DNA of 64,000 nt, taken from positions 17,236-81,235 of the forward strand of contig JAZSRI010000093.1 of the NCBI GenBank assembly GCA_045538415.1. Reading direction: 5' to 3'. This document shows positions 10,057 to 19,597 of this stretch, piece by piece. The translations under genes were made by a program, and so were the position numbers. Numbering within the stretch: position 1 is the stretch's first letter; every line of letters begins with the position of its first letter. The notes beneath the pieces were generated by a model, which was given only the letters and a program-made list of their open reading frames with translations, was not told the origin of the DNA and searched no databases. The DNA comes from Faecousia sp. GTDB taxonomy: Bacteria > Bacillota > Clostridia > Oscillospirales > Oscillospiraceae.

Positions 10057-10640
10057 GAACATCAAAAATTCAGCGTAAAACAGCAGAGACAGATATTATG
10101 GTTCAGCTGAATCTGGACGGAAGCGGTGTGTGTTCCGTGTCAACCGGGTGCGGCTTTATGGATCATATGCTCACCCTTTTTGCATCCCACGGCAAATTTG
10201 ATTTGCTTTTGACCTGCAGCGGCGATACCAATGTGGATGACCACCACACGGTGGAGGATATCGGTATCTGTCTCGGTTTGGCTTTTACTCAGGCCCTTGG
10301 TGATAAGCGTGGTATCTGCCGCTACGGCAGTTTCCTGCTGCCTATGGATGAGGCGCTGATCCAGACTGCCTGCGATATCAGCGGCAGAAGCTATTTAAAC
10401 TATGGACTGACCATTCCAACCCAAAAGATTGGAACCTTTGATACAGAACTTGTGGAGGAGTTTTTCCAGGGATTTGTAAGGCACTGTCCCATGAGCCTGC
10501 ACGTCCTCCAGCTTGCCGGTAAAAATTCCCACCATATTGTTGAGGGCTGCTTTAAGTCGGTTGCCCGGTGTTTAAGGGCAGCTGTTTCTATCGACAATAA
10601 GTTCTTCGACCAAATTCCCTCAACAAAAGGAGTTCTGTAA
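10053..10640 (+). CDS. hisB: Imidazoleglycerol-phosphate dehydratase
   Basis: DDHHTVED, PMDEAL, NSHHIVE, PSTKG. Confidence 0.97.
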   Translation: MRTSKIQRKTAETDIMVQLNLDGSGVCSVSTGCGFMDHMLTLFASHGKFDLLLTCSGDTNVDDHHTVEDIGICLGLAFTQALGDKRGICRYGSFLLPMDEALIQTACDISGRSYLNYGLTIPTQKIGTFDTELVEEFFQGFVRHCPMSLHVLQLAGKNSHHIVEGCFKSVARCLRAAVSIDNKFFDQIPSTKGVL

Positions 10641-11251
10641 TGATCGGCATTATTGACTATGGTGTCGGAAACCTGTTTTCCCTGCAGTCATCCCTGAAAG
10701 CAATTGGGCAGGATGTGATCGTCTCCGGTGACAGGGAAGTCCTGCAAAAGGCTGATAAACTGATTTTACCGGGTGTGGGCGCGTTTGCCGATGCGGTTAG
10801 AAAGCTCCGGGATTCCGGACTTGACCGTTTGGTGTATGACAAGGTGTCCGATGGGACTCCTCTGTTGGGCATTTGTCTTGGAATGCAGATGCTCTTTGAA
10901 AGGAGCTTAGAATACGGTGAGCACCGTGGCCTGGGGCTGCTGAATGGACAAGTAGTTCCTATGCAGGGAAAGATTCCAAAGCAGTTGAAAATTCCCCATA
11001 TGGGCTGGAATCAGTTGCAAATTACAAATCCCCAGAGTAAACTGTTTAAATACACTTCTCCCGGCGAGTTCGTGTATTTCGTACATTCTTATTTCGCTGA
11101 CCGCTGCGAAGACTCTCTTGCTGCTGTGACGGATTACGGAATCCCTATGACCGCAGCTGTGGAGAAAGGGAATGTCTTTGGCTGCCAATTCCATCCGGAA
11201 AAGAGCGGGGAAGTGGGTCTCGGCATTCTCAGAGCTTTCTGTGACCTTTAA
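10640..11251 (+). CDS. hisH: Imidazole glycerol phosphate synthase, glutaminase subunit
   Basis: PGVGAF, GICLGMQ, PHMGWN, QFHPEKS. Confidence 0.97.
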   Translation: MIGIIDYGVGNLFSLQSSLKAIGQDVIVSGDREVLQKADKLILPGVGAFADAVRKLRDSGLDRLVYDKVSDGTPLLGICLGMQMLFERSLEYGEHRGLGLLNGQVVPMQGKIPKQLKIPHMGWNQLQITNPQSKLFKYTSPGEFVYFVHSYFADRCEDSLAAVTDYGIPMTAAVEKGNVFGCQFHPEKSGEVGLGILRAFCDL

Positions 11252-11262
11252 GGAGATAGGTT

Positions 11263-11976
11263 ATGTTTTTGTATCCTGCAATTGATTTATATGAATCCAA
11301 GGCAGTTCGGCTGTACAAAGGTGACTACAACCAGATGACGGTGTACAGCAACCAGCCGGCGGAGGTTGCCAAATCCTTTGAACTGTGCGGCGCGAAGCGG
11401 CTTCACCTTGTGGATCTTGAGGGCGCCCGTGACGGCGTTACCTCCAATCTGCCTGTAATAGAAGCCATTCTAAACCGCACCAATATGTTCACACAGGTTG
11501 GTGGTGGTATCCGCAGTATGGAAACCGCCCAGCGCTACCTTTCTCTGGGGGTTGACCGTGTGATTTTGGGTACTGCCGCGGTGAACGACGAAGGTTTTTT
11601 GAAACAGGCACTGGACCGGTACGGTGAAAAAATCGCGGTGGGTGTTGATCTGAAGGATGGGTGTGTAGCCATTCGTGGGTGGACGGAAAAATCCAATATC
11701 TCAGCGGATGAGTTTTTTGAGAAAATGCAGGCATTGGGCGTTGCAACCATTATCTGCACAGATATTTCTAAGGATGGAGCCATGCTCGGTACCAACAGGG
11801 AGCTTTATCGGGAGCTTTCTCAAAAATTCTCTATTGACCTAATCGCTTCCGGCGGTGTTTCTTCCCTTGAGGACATTGCGGCGCTGAAAGTAATGGGCCT
11901 TCACGGCGCAATTGTTGGAAAAGCTTATTATACCGGTGCGATTGAATTAACCCAGGCACTGGAGGTGGCCAGATGA
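11263..11976 (+). CDS. hisA: ProFAR isomerase
   Basis: YPAIDL, HLVDL, QVGGGIRS, TDISKDG, ASGG. Confidence 0.96.
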   Translation: MFLYPAIDLYESKAVRLYKGDYNQMTVYSNQPAEVAKSFELCGAKRLHLVDLEGARDGVTSNLPVIEAILNRTNMFTQVGGGIRSMETAQRYLSLGVDRVILGTAAVNDEGFLKQALDRYGEKIAVGVDLKDGCVAIRGWTEKSNISADEFFEKMQALGVATIICTDISKDGAMLGTNRELYRELSQKFSIDLIASGGVSSLEDIAALKVMGLHGAIVGKAYYTGAIELTQALEVAR

Positions 11977-12731
11977 TCACCAAACGAATTATACCATGCT
12001 TGGACGTGAAAAACGGAAGAGTGGTCAAAGGAACGAATTTTCAAGGCCTTCAGGATGTATCTTCTCCTGTGGAGCTCGCCCGGTACTACAGTGAAAACGG
12101 CGCGGATGAGCTGGTTTTTTATGATATCACAGCATCCAGCGACGGCAGAAAGCTCTTTACTGAGGTTCTGACAGAAGTAGCAAGCCAGATTTTCATCCCC
12201 CTTACCGTGGGTGGGGGAATCAACACAGTGGAGGATTTTGACCGTGTTTTGAAGTGCGGCGCGGACAAAGTCAGCGTAAACTCCGGTGCCATTGCAAACC
12301 CGGATTTGATTACCCAAGCGGCTAAAAAGTATGGCAATCAATGCGTGGTTATTTCCGCGGATGTGAAACGTGTGGACGGACAGTTTCGTGTATTTTCCAA
12401 AGGCGGCCGGGTAGACACCGGAATGGAGGCTGTCAGCTGGATTGCATCCTGTGTGCGGCTTGGTGCCGGTGAGGTGGTCCTCAATTCCATCGATACGGAC
12501 GGTGTCAAGGGCGGATTTGACCTGGAAATGCTGGAAAAAGTCTGTGACGTGGTGGATGTTCCTGTTATCGCATCCGGGGGTGCCGGCTGTGCCGAGGATT
12601 TTGTGAAATTATTCCACAGCCTTGCGAAAGTAGACGCGGGACTGGCTGCTTCCATTTTTCACTTTGGCCAAGTGGGGATTCCGGATTTGAAACGTCTTTT
12701 GCAAAGCGAAAATATTCCTGTGAGGTTATAA
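11973..12731 (+). CDS. hisF: Imidazole glycerol phosphate synthase, cyclase subunit
   Basis: [28 protein letters not shown]. Confidence 0.97.
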   Translation: MITKRIIPCLDVKNGRVVKGTNFQGLQDVSSPVELARYYSENGADELVFYDITASSDGRKLFTEVLTEVASQIFIPLTVGGGINTVEDFDRVLKCGADKVSVNSGAIANPDLITQAAKKYGNQCVVISADVKRVDGQFRVFSKGGRVDTGMEAVSWIASCVRLGAGEVVLNSIDTDGVKGGFDLEMLEKVCDVVDVPVIASGGAGCAEDFVKLFHSLAKVDAGLAASIFHFGQVGIPDLKRLLQSENIPVRL

Positions 12732-12733
12732 TT

Positions 12734-13378
12734 ATGTTTGATATTAACACATTAAGATTTGATGACAAAGGCTTGATCCCTGCCATTGTTGTGGATGATG
12801 AGAACGGAAATGTTTTGACCCTTGCCTACATGAACCGGGAAAGCCTGCAGATTTCTCTGGAAAAGAAACTCACATGCTTTTACTCCCGCTCCCGCAATGA
12901 ACTTTGGCTGAAAGGTGAAACCAGCGGAAATTATCAGCATATTGTATCCATTACCGCGGACTGTGACAAGGATGCCCTTGTGGTGCGGGTAAAGAAGGAT
13001 GGTCCGGCTTGCCATCTTGGTACGGACTCCTGCTTTACCAATCCTGTATATGGTCAAAGTGAGCCCCGTTTTGAACTGGAGTCCCTTTACGATCTTCTCC
13101 TGGATCGGAAAGAAAAACTGCCGGAGGGGTCGTATACAACCTATCTGTTCCAAAAGGGTCTTGATAAGATTCTCAAAAAGGTAGGCGAGGAAACTACAGA
13201 GGTAATTATTGCCGCAAAGGCTGAGGATCAGGCAGAGACCATCTATGAAATTGCCGACCTTACCTATCATTTGCTTGTTCTGATGGTTCAGTCCGGGATC
13301 TCCGTTGACCAGATCAGAAATGAACTTGCGGGCCGCCATGTGATTGACCACAAGGTGAAACAGGAGAAAATGACATAA
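12734..13378 (+). CDS. hisIE: Bifunctional phosphoribosyl-AMP cyclohydrolase / phosphoribosyl-ATP pyrophosphatase
   Basis: SRSR..LW.KGETSG, DCDKD, ACH, SYT..LF, KKVGEE. Confidence 0.96.
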   Translation: MFDINTLRFDDKGLIPAIVVDDENGNVLTLAYMNRESLQISLEKKLTCFYSRSRNELWLKGETSGNYQHIVSITADCDKDALVVRVKKDGPACHLGTDSCFTNPVYGQSEPRFELESLYDLLLDRKEKLPEGSYTTYLFQKGLDKILKKVGEETTEVIIAAKAEDQAETIYEIADLTYHLLVLMVQSGISVDQIRNELAGRHVIDHKVKQEKMT

Positions 13379-13546
13379 TTGTCCTGCAAAATTCGGACAG
13401 ATTGTGCCTTATGTTACTTTTTTCTTCTCCTATGGTGGAAGAATGTTTAAATTTTCGTCGTTTTTCCCACATGAAAAGCGACACATCCAATGATATAATT
13501 ATATTATAACTGGTTTCAATTTTTAATGGAGAGGAGGAGATGGCAG

Positions 13547-14059
13547 GTGTTTACGTCTGGGCAGAAAGTTGTGTACGGGATCCACGGAGTATGCGTAATT
13601 ATTGACCGTGAAATCCGTTCCATCAACCACAAAAAGGTGGAGTACTATGTATTGGCACCCACAACCCAGCCCAGTGCCCGGTTCTATGTGCCCACGCAGA
13701 ATGAAATTGCTGTTGCCAAGCTTCGTCCTCTGCTCTCCCGTGAAGATTTGCATGATTTGATATCTTCTTCCGAAACCATAAGAGATATCTGGATTCCGGA
13801 TGAAAACCGCAGAAAGCAGCGTTATCATGAGCTAATTAACAGCGGTGACCGTGCGGCGTTGATTGCTATGGTCAAGTCATTGCTGGTTCACAAAGAACAG
13901 CAGCTTTCCAGCGGACGCAAATTTCACCTGTGTGATGAAAATTTCCTCCGTGACGCCCAGAAACTGCTGAGCGCTGAATTTGCTGTGGTGCTTGGTATTG
14001 AACAGGAGCAAGTGGGTAATTACATACAAGAGAGAATAAACAATAAAAGTGCTGTGTAA
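13547..14059 (+). CDS. CarD family transcriptional regulator
   Basis: F..G.KVVYG.HGVC N-terminal RNAP-interaction domain; GTG start after AGGAG. Confidence 0.85.
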   Translation: MFTSGQKVVYGIHGVCVIIDREIRSINHKKVEYYVLAPTTQPSARFYVPTQNEIAVAKLRPLLSREDLHDLISSSETIRDIWIPDENRRKQRYHELINSGDRAALIAMVKSLLVHKEQQLSSGRKFHLCDENFLRDAQKLLSAEFAVVLGIEQEQVGNYIQERINNKSAV

Positions 14060-14071
14060 CAGCACTTTTAT
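14043..14071. terminator. Bidirectional terminator overlapping the stop codons of the carD-like gene and ogt
   Basis: ATAAAAGTGCTGT-GTA-ACAGCACTTTTAT inverted repeat. Confidence 0.7.
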
Positions 14072-14541
14072 TTATAGCAAATTTTTTCGTGATCCAACAG
14101 CCATTTCTTCCTGACAAGGCCCCATGCGTATCCTGTCAGCTTTCCGCCTTTGCCCAGAACTCTGTGACAGGGGATTACAAGACTGATGGGATTAGCACCC
14201 ACAGCTTGCCCGATGGCTTGGGCAGACATCTTCCCCTTATCCGCAAACTCCTTTGCCAGTTGACCGTAGGTGACAGACACCCCGTAAGGAATCTGCAGCA
14301 GTCTTAACCAGACTCTCTTTTGAAAATATGTACCGTTCAGCACCAGAGGCAGTAAATTTGCCTCTGGTTTTTTGCCAGCGAAATAGCAATCCAGCCAATC
14401 CACGGCTGATACCAACGGAGGGGTTTCAGTTTGCCGGACTGGTATATTTTCAGTACTGGGACATATACCTGTGATTCCCTCTGATGTTGCGGTAATCTTT
14501 AATGTGCCAATAGGGGATTCATAATACAAAACAGAACTCAT
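14068..14541 (-). CDS. ogt: Methylated-DNA--protein-cysteine methyltransferase
   Basis: IPYG..TYG.LA, NPI..VIPCHRV active-site motif. Confidence 0.95.
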   Translation of the reverse strand: MSSVLYYESPIGTLKITATSEGITGICPSTENIPVRQTETPPLVSAVDWLDCYFAGKKPEANLLPLVLNGTYFQKRVWLRLLQIPYGVSVTYGQLAKEFADKGKMSAQAIGQAVGANPISLVIPCHRVLGKGGKLTGYAWGLVRKKWLLDHEKICYK

Positions 14542-15506
14542 ACATCATTCTCCATTCTGAATTGCTGTGTCCTTATAAGGGGATAACAGACGAGAGCTTT
14601 CCCATCCAGATCATGACTGTTTAATCGGATGCCTGTTATTTGGTTATTTTCGTAGGTGGTGTAGTAATAGATGCCCTTTTCTGTGTTGCAGCAGCTGGTG
14701 TAGACCGTCTTTACATATTCATTGCCGGACATCACACACCCTTGGGTTACGCTGACAGAGGCCATAATATGAAAAAACTGGCTGACACTGGCAGACGCAG
14801 AGTCCTTGCATACAGAAAGGTGTTTAAGAAAGAAAGCTCTGATAAACCGGGATTTTGAAGTGGGATCACCGGGAAGTCCACGGAGTCCTGTACCCCCGGT
14901 GTCGCGCTCCAGTGTAAACAGTGTGTCTGCAAATTCATCTCTTGACAGACCCAAGAAACCGCGCAGGTGATCTTCCTGAAAAGGGAAGGGCGGGTTGTTG
15001 GTTAATACACCGTAGGGATTATCATAGCAATGGATGCCTTCTGCTACAGATTCTATCACGATGGACTTTGTCTTATCGCTGATAATCCAGTGAAGCGGGG
15101 AAACAGGGTACTCATCACTAAAGGGTGTATCGGTAATGTTTAGATTTTTCACCACTGCCTTTATATCCTCAACGGTTTTAAAAGAAGCGAGAATCCAACT
15201 GTTGAATTCGAAGTGCGTTAGGTTTCTGTACCCATCTTTCGCCGCATGATAGCAGGCATTTCCCGGGAAATTCAATGCGGCAATGCTTAAACCGTATTCA
15301 TTTGTACCATCATAGTACAATGCGGTCCCATTTGCAAGTGTTGCTATTCCGATGAAGGCATGATGCTTTAAAAGCGGCACATCTCCACGAAAATACAGAG
15401 GATAGTTTCTTGGAGTCACCACAACCTGTTCCTGATAAGAGTGTTCCAGGTCCAATGTCCTGCCAAAATAGTGATGTTTTGAGTTAAAACTGATTGCAGT
15501 GCACAT
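14538..15506 (-). CDS. Choloylglycine hydrolase family Ntn-hydrolase (bile salt hydrolase / penicillin V acylase)
   Basis: M-C-T start (Cys2 nucleophile), FGRTLD, NEYGL, LTNNP.F, LPGD...SRF.R; GGAGGA RBS before ATG 15506. Confidence 0.92.
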   Translation of the reverse strand: MCTAISFNSKHHYFGRTLDLEHSYQEQVVVTPRNYPLYFRGDVPLLKHHAFIGIATLANGTALYYDGTNEYGLSIAALNFPGNACYHAAKDGYRNLTHFEFNSWILASFKTVEDIKAVVKNLNITDTPFSDEYPVSPLHWIISDKTKSIVIESVAEGIHCYDNPYGVLTNNPPFPFQEDHLRGFLGLSRDEFADTLFTLERDTGGTGLRGLPGDPTSKSRFIRAFFLKHLSVCKDSASASVSQFFHIMASVSVTQGCVMSGNEYVKTVYTSCCNTEKGIYYYTTYENNQITGIRLNSHDLDGKALVCYPLIRTQQFRMENDV

Positions 15507-15556
15507 ACAAATGTCCTCCGATGATAAATATTTTTTCATATCAGCATTGTTTAGTA

Positions 15557-15594
15557 TTGACATATTCTTGAATAAGAGTATAATTGTATACAAT
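15557..15594 (+). promoter_or_regulatory. SigA promoter TTGACA-16-TATAAT followed by palindrome ATTGTATACAAT (probable GntR operator)
   Basis: Consensus hexamers; perfect 12-bp palindrome at 15583-15594; the operon encodes a GntR/FCD regulator. Confidence 0.75.
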
Positions 15595-15642
15595 GATACA
15601 GGGATTCCTAAATCCGCAAATCCATGATAAGGAGATAAAACT

Positions 15643-17013
15643 ATGCTTGAGATTTCCAATAAGACCAATCTGCTGGAACAGAAGTCCTATAAGTATTCTT
15701 TGCAGGATATTCAGGAACCGAACCTGCAGCGTGATATCTATTCTGAAGGAACTGTTCCCAAGGTGGCGTTCAACCATCGCAGAGTGCCGCTGAACATGCC
15801 GGAAGAAATCTGGATCACAGATACTTCCCTTCGTGATGGCCAGCAGTCTGTGGAGCCATACACGGTTGACCAGATTGTTGAAATTTATAAGCTGCTGAGT
15901 AAGCTTGGTGGTCCCTACGGTATTATTCGCCAAACTGAGTTTTTTATTTACAGCAAAAAGGATCGGGACGCGGTAGAAAAATGCATGGGTTTGGATCTTC
16001 GTTTCCCTGAGATCACCACTTGGATCCGTGCAACGAAAGATGACTTTCAGCTTGTTAAGGATATGGGTATCCGAGAGACCGGTATTTTGGTCAGCTGCAG
16101 TGACTACCACATCTTTAAGAAGATGAAGATGACCCGGAAGCAGGCACTGGATTACTACCTTGCCACTGTTTCTGATGCGCTGGATGCCGGTATCATGCCC
16201 CGTTGCCACTTAGAGGACATCACCAGAGCTGATTTCTACGGTTTTGTGGTTCCTTTTGTCAATGAATTGCAGAAACTCTCCCGTGAGTCCGGTATTCCTG
16301 TTAAGATCCGCGCCTGCGACACTATGGGATACGGCGTCCCCTATACAGAAGCCGCGATGCCCCGAAGCGTTGCCGGTATCATTTACGGCCTGCAGCACTA
16401 TTCCGATGTGCCCAGTGAGCTGCTTGAGTGGCACGGACATAACGATTTTTATAAAGCGGTAGCAAACGCCTCCACCGCATGGCTCTATGGCGCGTCTGCT
16501 GTTAACTGTTCTCTGCTTGGTATTGGTGAACGAACCGGCAATATACCTCTTGAGGCCATGGTGTTTGAGTACGCATCCCTCCGCGGTTCCATGGACGGTA
16601 TGGATCCCACTGTCATTACACAGATTGCTGAATATTTCCGCAAGGAGATCGGATATGACATTCCGGATATGACCCCCTTTGTTGGCCGCAGTTTTAATGT
16701 CACAAGAGCAGGCATCCATGCCGACGGCCTGATTAAAGATAAAGAGATCTACACAATCTTTGACACTGAGAAGCTTTTGGGTGTTGCCCCTGCTGTGCAG
16801 ATTGGTAAGGCATCCGGTCTAGCGGGTATTGCCTACTGGATCAATCAGAATTACGGCCTTAGTGATGATAAGAAGCTGGATAAGAAAGATCCTCTTGTCA
16901 TCGCCATCAAAGGCTGGATTGATCTGGAGTATGAGGGGGGACGGCAGACTGTGCTCTCCAACAAGGAACTTGAACTTAAGATCGAAGAACTGGCACCCGG
17001 CAGATTTTCGTAA
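15643..17013 (+). CDS. DRE-TIM acyltransferase, probable (Re)-citrate synthase (LeuA/homocitrate synthase-like)
   Basis: DTSLRDGQQ, HGHNDF, GIGERTGN; no LeuA regulatory domain; in operon with aconitase and IDH. Confidence 0.8.
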   Translation: MLEISNKTNLLEQKSYKYSLQDIQEPNLQRDIYSEGTVPKVAFNHRRVPLNMPEEIWITDTSLRDGQQSVEPYTVDQIVEIYKLLSKLGGPYGIIRQTEFFIYSKKDRDAVEKCMGLDLRFPEITTWIRATKDDFQLVKDMGIRETGILVSCSDYHIFKKMKMTRKQALDYYLATVSDALDAGIMPRCHLEDITRADFYGFVVPFVNELQKLSRESGIPVKIRACDTMGYGVPYTEAAMPRSVAGIIYGLQHYSDVPSELLEWHGHNDFYKAVANASTAWLYGASAVNCSLLGIGERTGNIPLEAMVFEYASLRGSMDGMDPTVITQIAEYFRKEIGYDIPDMTPFVGRSFNVTRAGIHADGLIKDKEIYTIFDTEKLLGVAPAVQIGKASGLAGIAYWINQNYGLSDDKKLDKKDPLVIAIKGWIDLEYEGGRQTVLSNKELELKIEELAPGRFS

Positions 17014-17025
17014 AGGAGAGGTAAT

Positions 17026-17664
17026 ATGAGAGAGTTCAAAACCACATCTTTGGCAGATCAGATTTTTGATAGGCTGGAGAATGATATCATTTTTGGCGTA
17101 TATCAGCCCGGGGAGATCCTTACGGAATTAAAGCTTGTGGAGCGTCTTGGTGTGAGCCGGACGCCCATTCGGGAAGCCCTTCGCAGGCTGGAGCAGGAGC
17201 GGTTAATCGAGGATACGGGAAAAGGCTCTGTCATTCTGGGCATTACAGATGATGACCTTCTGGACATTATGAATATTCGTGTACAGATTGAGGGGCTGGC
17301 ATCCTTTTATGCGGCGCAGAACGCGACGGAAGAGGGAATCGAAAGACTGCGTCATCTGATCGATCTGCAGGATTTCTACTTTTCCAAGGAAGACACCATA
17401 CACCTGCGTTATATCGACGATGATTTCCATGATATGATTTGCAGACTCAGCAAACGCAGCGTAATCGCCGATACCCTGATGCCTCTTCACAGAAAAACCA
17501 GACGTTACCGCAGAAAATCCATGGATAACAAAAGCCGAACCGCATGTGTAGTAAAAGAACACCGGGCTATTTATGAAGCCATCGCCGCTCATGATGCGGA
17601 TCATGCGAGACTACTAACCACAAAGCACGTAGAAAATGCCAGAAAGAGCATGTTGGGAGTGTAA
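17026..17664 (+). CDS. GntR family (FCD) transcriptional regulator
   Basis: LGVSRTPIREAL HTH; FH...EH..I...H FCD motifs. Confidence 0.93.
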   Translation: MREFKTTSLADQIFDRLENDIIFGVYQPGEILTELKLVERLGVSRTPIREALRRLEQERLIEDTGKGSVILGITDDDLLDIMNIRVQIEGLASFYAAQNATEEGIERLRHLIDLQDFYFSKEDTIHLRYIDDDFHDMICRLSKRSVIADTLMPLHRKTRRYRRKSMDNKSRTACVVKEHRAIYEAIAAHDADHARLLTTKHVENARKSMLGV

Positions 17665-17667
17665 TTT

Positions 17668-19596
17668 ATGGGAAAGACCATAGCTCAGAAAATCATTGAA
17701 AGCCATCTCGTTTCCGGCGATATGACGGTCGGCAGTGAGATTGCGATTAAAATAGACCAAACCCTTACACAGGACGCAACCGGTACCATGGCGTATCTGG
17801 AATTTGAGACCATGGGGATTCCCAGAGTCAAGACAGAGCTGAGTGTTGCTTATGTGGATCACAACACTTTGCAGTCCGGTTTTGAAAATGCGGATGACCA
17901 TCGTTACTTGCAGTCTGTTGCTTATAAGCACGGTGTGCATTTTTCCAGACCCGGCAACGGTATCTGCCATCAGGTCCATCTGGAACGGTTTGGCGTTCCC
18001 GGCAAGACCCTTATTGGCTCTGACAGCCATACTCCCACCGGCGGCGGCATCGGCATGTTGGCCTTTGGCGCAGGCGGTCTGGACGTGGCAGTGGCAATGG
18101 GCGGCGGCGCTTACTATATCACCATGCCGAAGATGTTCAAGGTGGAGTTGACAGGCAAGCTGAAACCCTACGTAACGGCAAAAGACATTAGTCTGGAACT
18201 TTTGCGGATCCTGTCTGTTAAGGGCGGTGTAGGTGCCATAATCGAATGGGGCGGCCCGGCTGTTGCCACACTTACCGTCCCGGAAAGAGCCACAATCACC
18301 AACATGGGTACAGAACTTGGTGCCACCACATCTATTTTCCCCTCAGACGAAGTGACAAGAGCGTTTTTAAAGGCTCAGGGCAGGGAAGATGTTTATATGC
18401 CCCTTTCCAGTGATGTGGACGCGGTGTATGACCGTATCATTACCATTGATCTGGATACGCTGAAGCCCATGATCGCTTGTCCTCACAGCCCTGACAATGT
18501 TGTCAGCGTGGAAAGCCTTACCGGAACCAAAGTTGACCAGGTCTGCATCGGTTCGTGTACCAACTCCTCCCTGATGGATATGCTTAAGGTTGCAAAAATG
18601 CTTAAGGGTAAAACCATCAGCCCCAATGTGAGCCTTTCCATCTCTCCGGGATCAAAACAGGTACTTACTATGCTGGCAGACTGCGGCGCGCTGACAGACA
18701 TTCTGGCCAGCGGCGCCCGGGTTTTAGAGTGTGCCTGCGGTCCTTGTATTGGCATGGGTTTCTCTCCTAATTCCGGCGGTGTGGGCCTTAGAACCTTTAA
18801 CCGTAACTTCCTTGGCCGCAGTGGTACTAAGGATGGACAGGTGTATCTGGTCTCACCGGAAACAGCGGTTGCCGCCGCATTGACCGGCTGCATAACCGAC
18901 CCCACTACGTTTGCTCCTATGGAGCCTGTGGTGATGCCGGAACAGTTCAGAATTGACGATTCCGCTGTCCTTGCTCCTGCAAACCCAGAGAATGCGGACA
19001 GTGTTCAGGTGCTGCGTGGTCCTAATATTAAGGAATTTCCCAAGAGTAAACCTTTTGCGGACGAGCTGACAGCAAAACTGGTACTTAAAGTTGGCGACAA
19101 TATCACCACCGACCACATCATGCCTGCTGGCGCAAAAATTCTCCCTTACCGCAGCAATATCCCGTTCCTCTCCCAGTTCTGTTTCCAGGTTTGTGACACG
19201 GAATTTGCCCAGCGTGCGAAGGACGCAGGGGACGGCATTATTGTAGGCGGAAGCAATTACGGCCAAGGTTCCTCCCGTGAGCATGCGGCCCTCGTGCCCA
19301 TGTATTTGGGTATCCGCTGTGTGGTTGCAAAGAGCTTTGCCAGAATCCATGTGGCGAATTTGATAAACGCAGGTATCCTGCCCCTAACTTTCGAAAACAG
19401 TAAGGATTACGATACACTGAGCCAAGACAGCCAGCTGACCATCAGCGGTATCACCAAGGGAATGGAATCCGGCAGGGTGATGATGACTGACTGCAGTACA
19501 GGAAAACAAATTCCTCTGGTGTGCAATTTTACTCAAAGACAGATGGAAATTGTAAAAGCCGGTGGTCTGCTGAATTACACAAAGGAGAATAGCTGA
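17668..19596 (+). CDS. acn: Aconitate hydratase
   Basis: DQTLTQDATG, DSHT, IGSCTN, CGPCIG, TTDHI, GSSREHA. Confidence 0.92.
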   Translation: MGKTIAQKIIESHLVSGDMTVGSEIAIKIDQTLTQDATGTMAYLEFETMGIPRVKTELSVAYVDHNTLQSGFENADDHRYLQSVAYKHGVHFSRPGNGICHQVHLERFGVPGKTLIGSDSHTPTGGGIGMLAFGAGGLDVAVAMGGGAYYITMPKMFKVELTGKLKPYVTAKDISLELLRILSVKGGVGAIIEWGGPAVATLTVPERATITNMGTELGATTSIFPSDEVTRAFLKAQGREDVYMPLSSDVDAVYDRIITIDLDTLKPMIACPHSPDNVVSVESLTGTKVDQVCIGSCTNSSLMDMLKVAKMLKGKTISPNVSLSISPGSKQVLTMLADCGALTDILASGARVLECACGPCIGMGFSPNSGGVGLRTFNRNFLGRSGTKDGQVYLVSPETAVAAALTGCITDPTTFAPMEPVVMPEQFRIDDSAVLAPANPENADSVQVLRGPNIKEFPKSKPFADELTAKLVLKVGDNITTDHIMPAGAKILPYRSNIPFLSQFCFQVCDTEFAQRAKDAGDGIIVGGSNYGQGSSREHAALVPMYLGIRCVVAKSFARIHVANLINAGILPLTFENSKDYDTLSQDSQLTISGITKGMESGRVMMTDCSTGKQIPLVCNFTQRQMEIVKAGGLLNYTKENS

Positions 19597-19597
19597 T

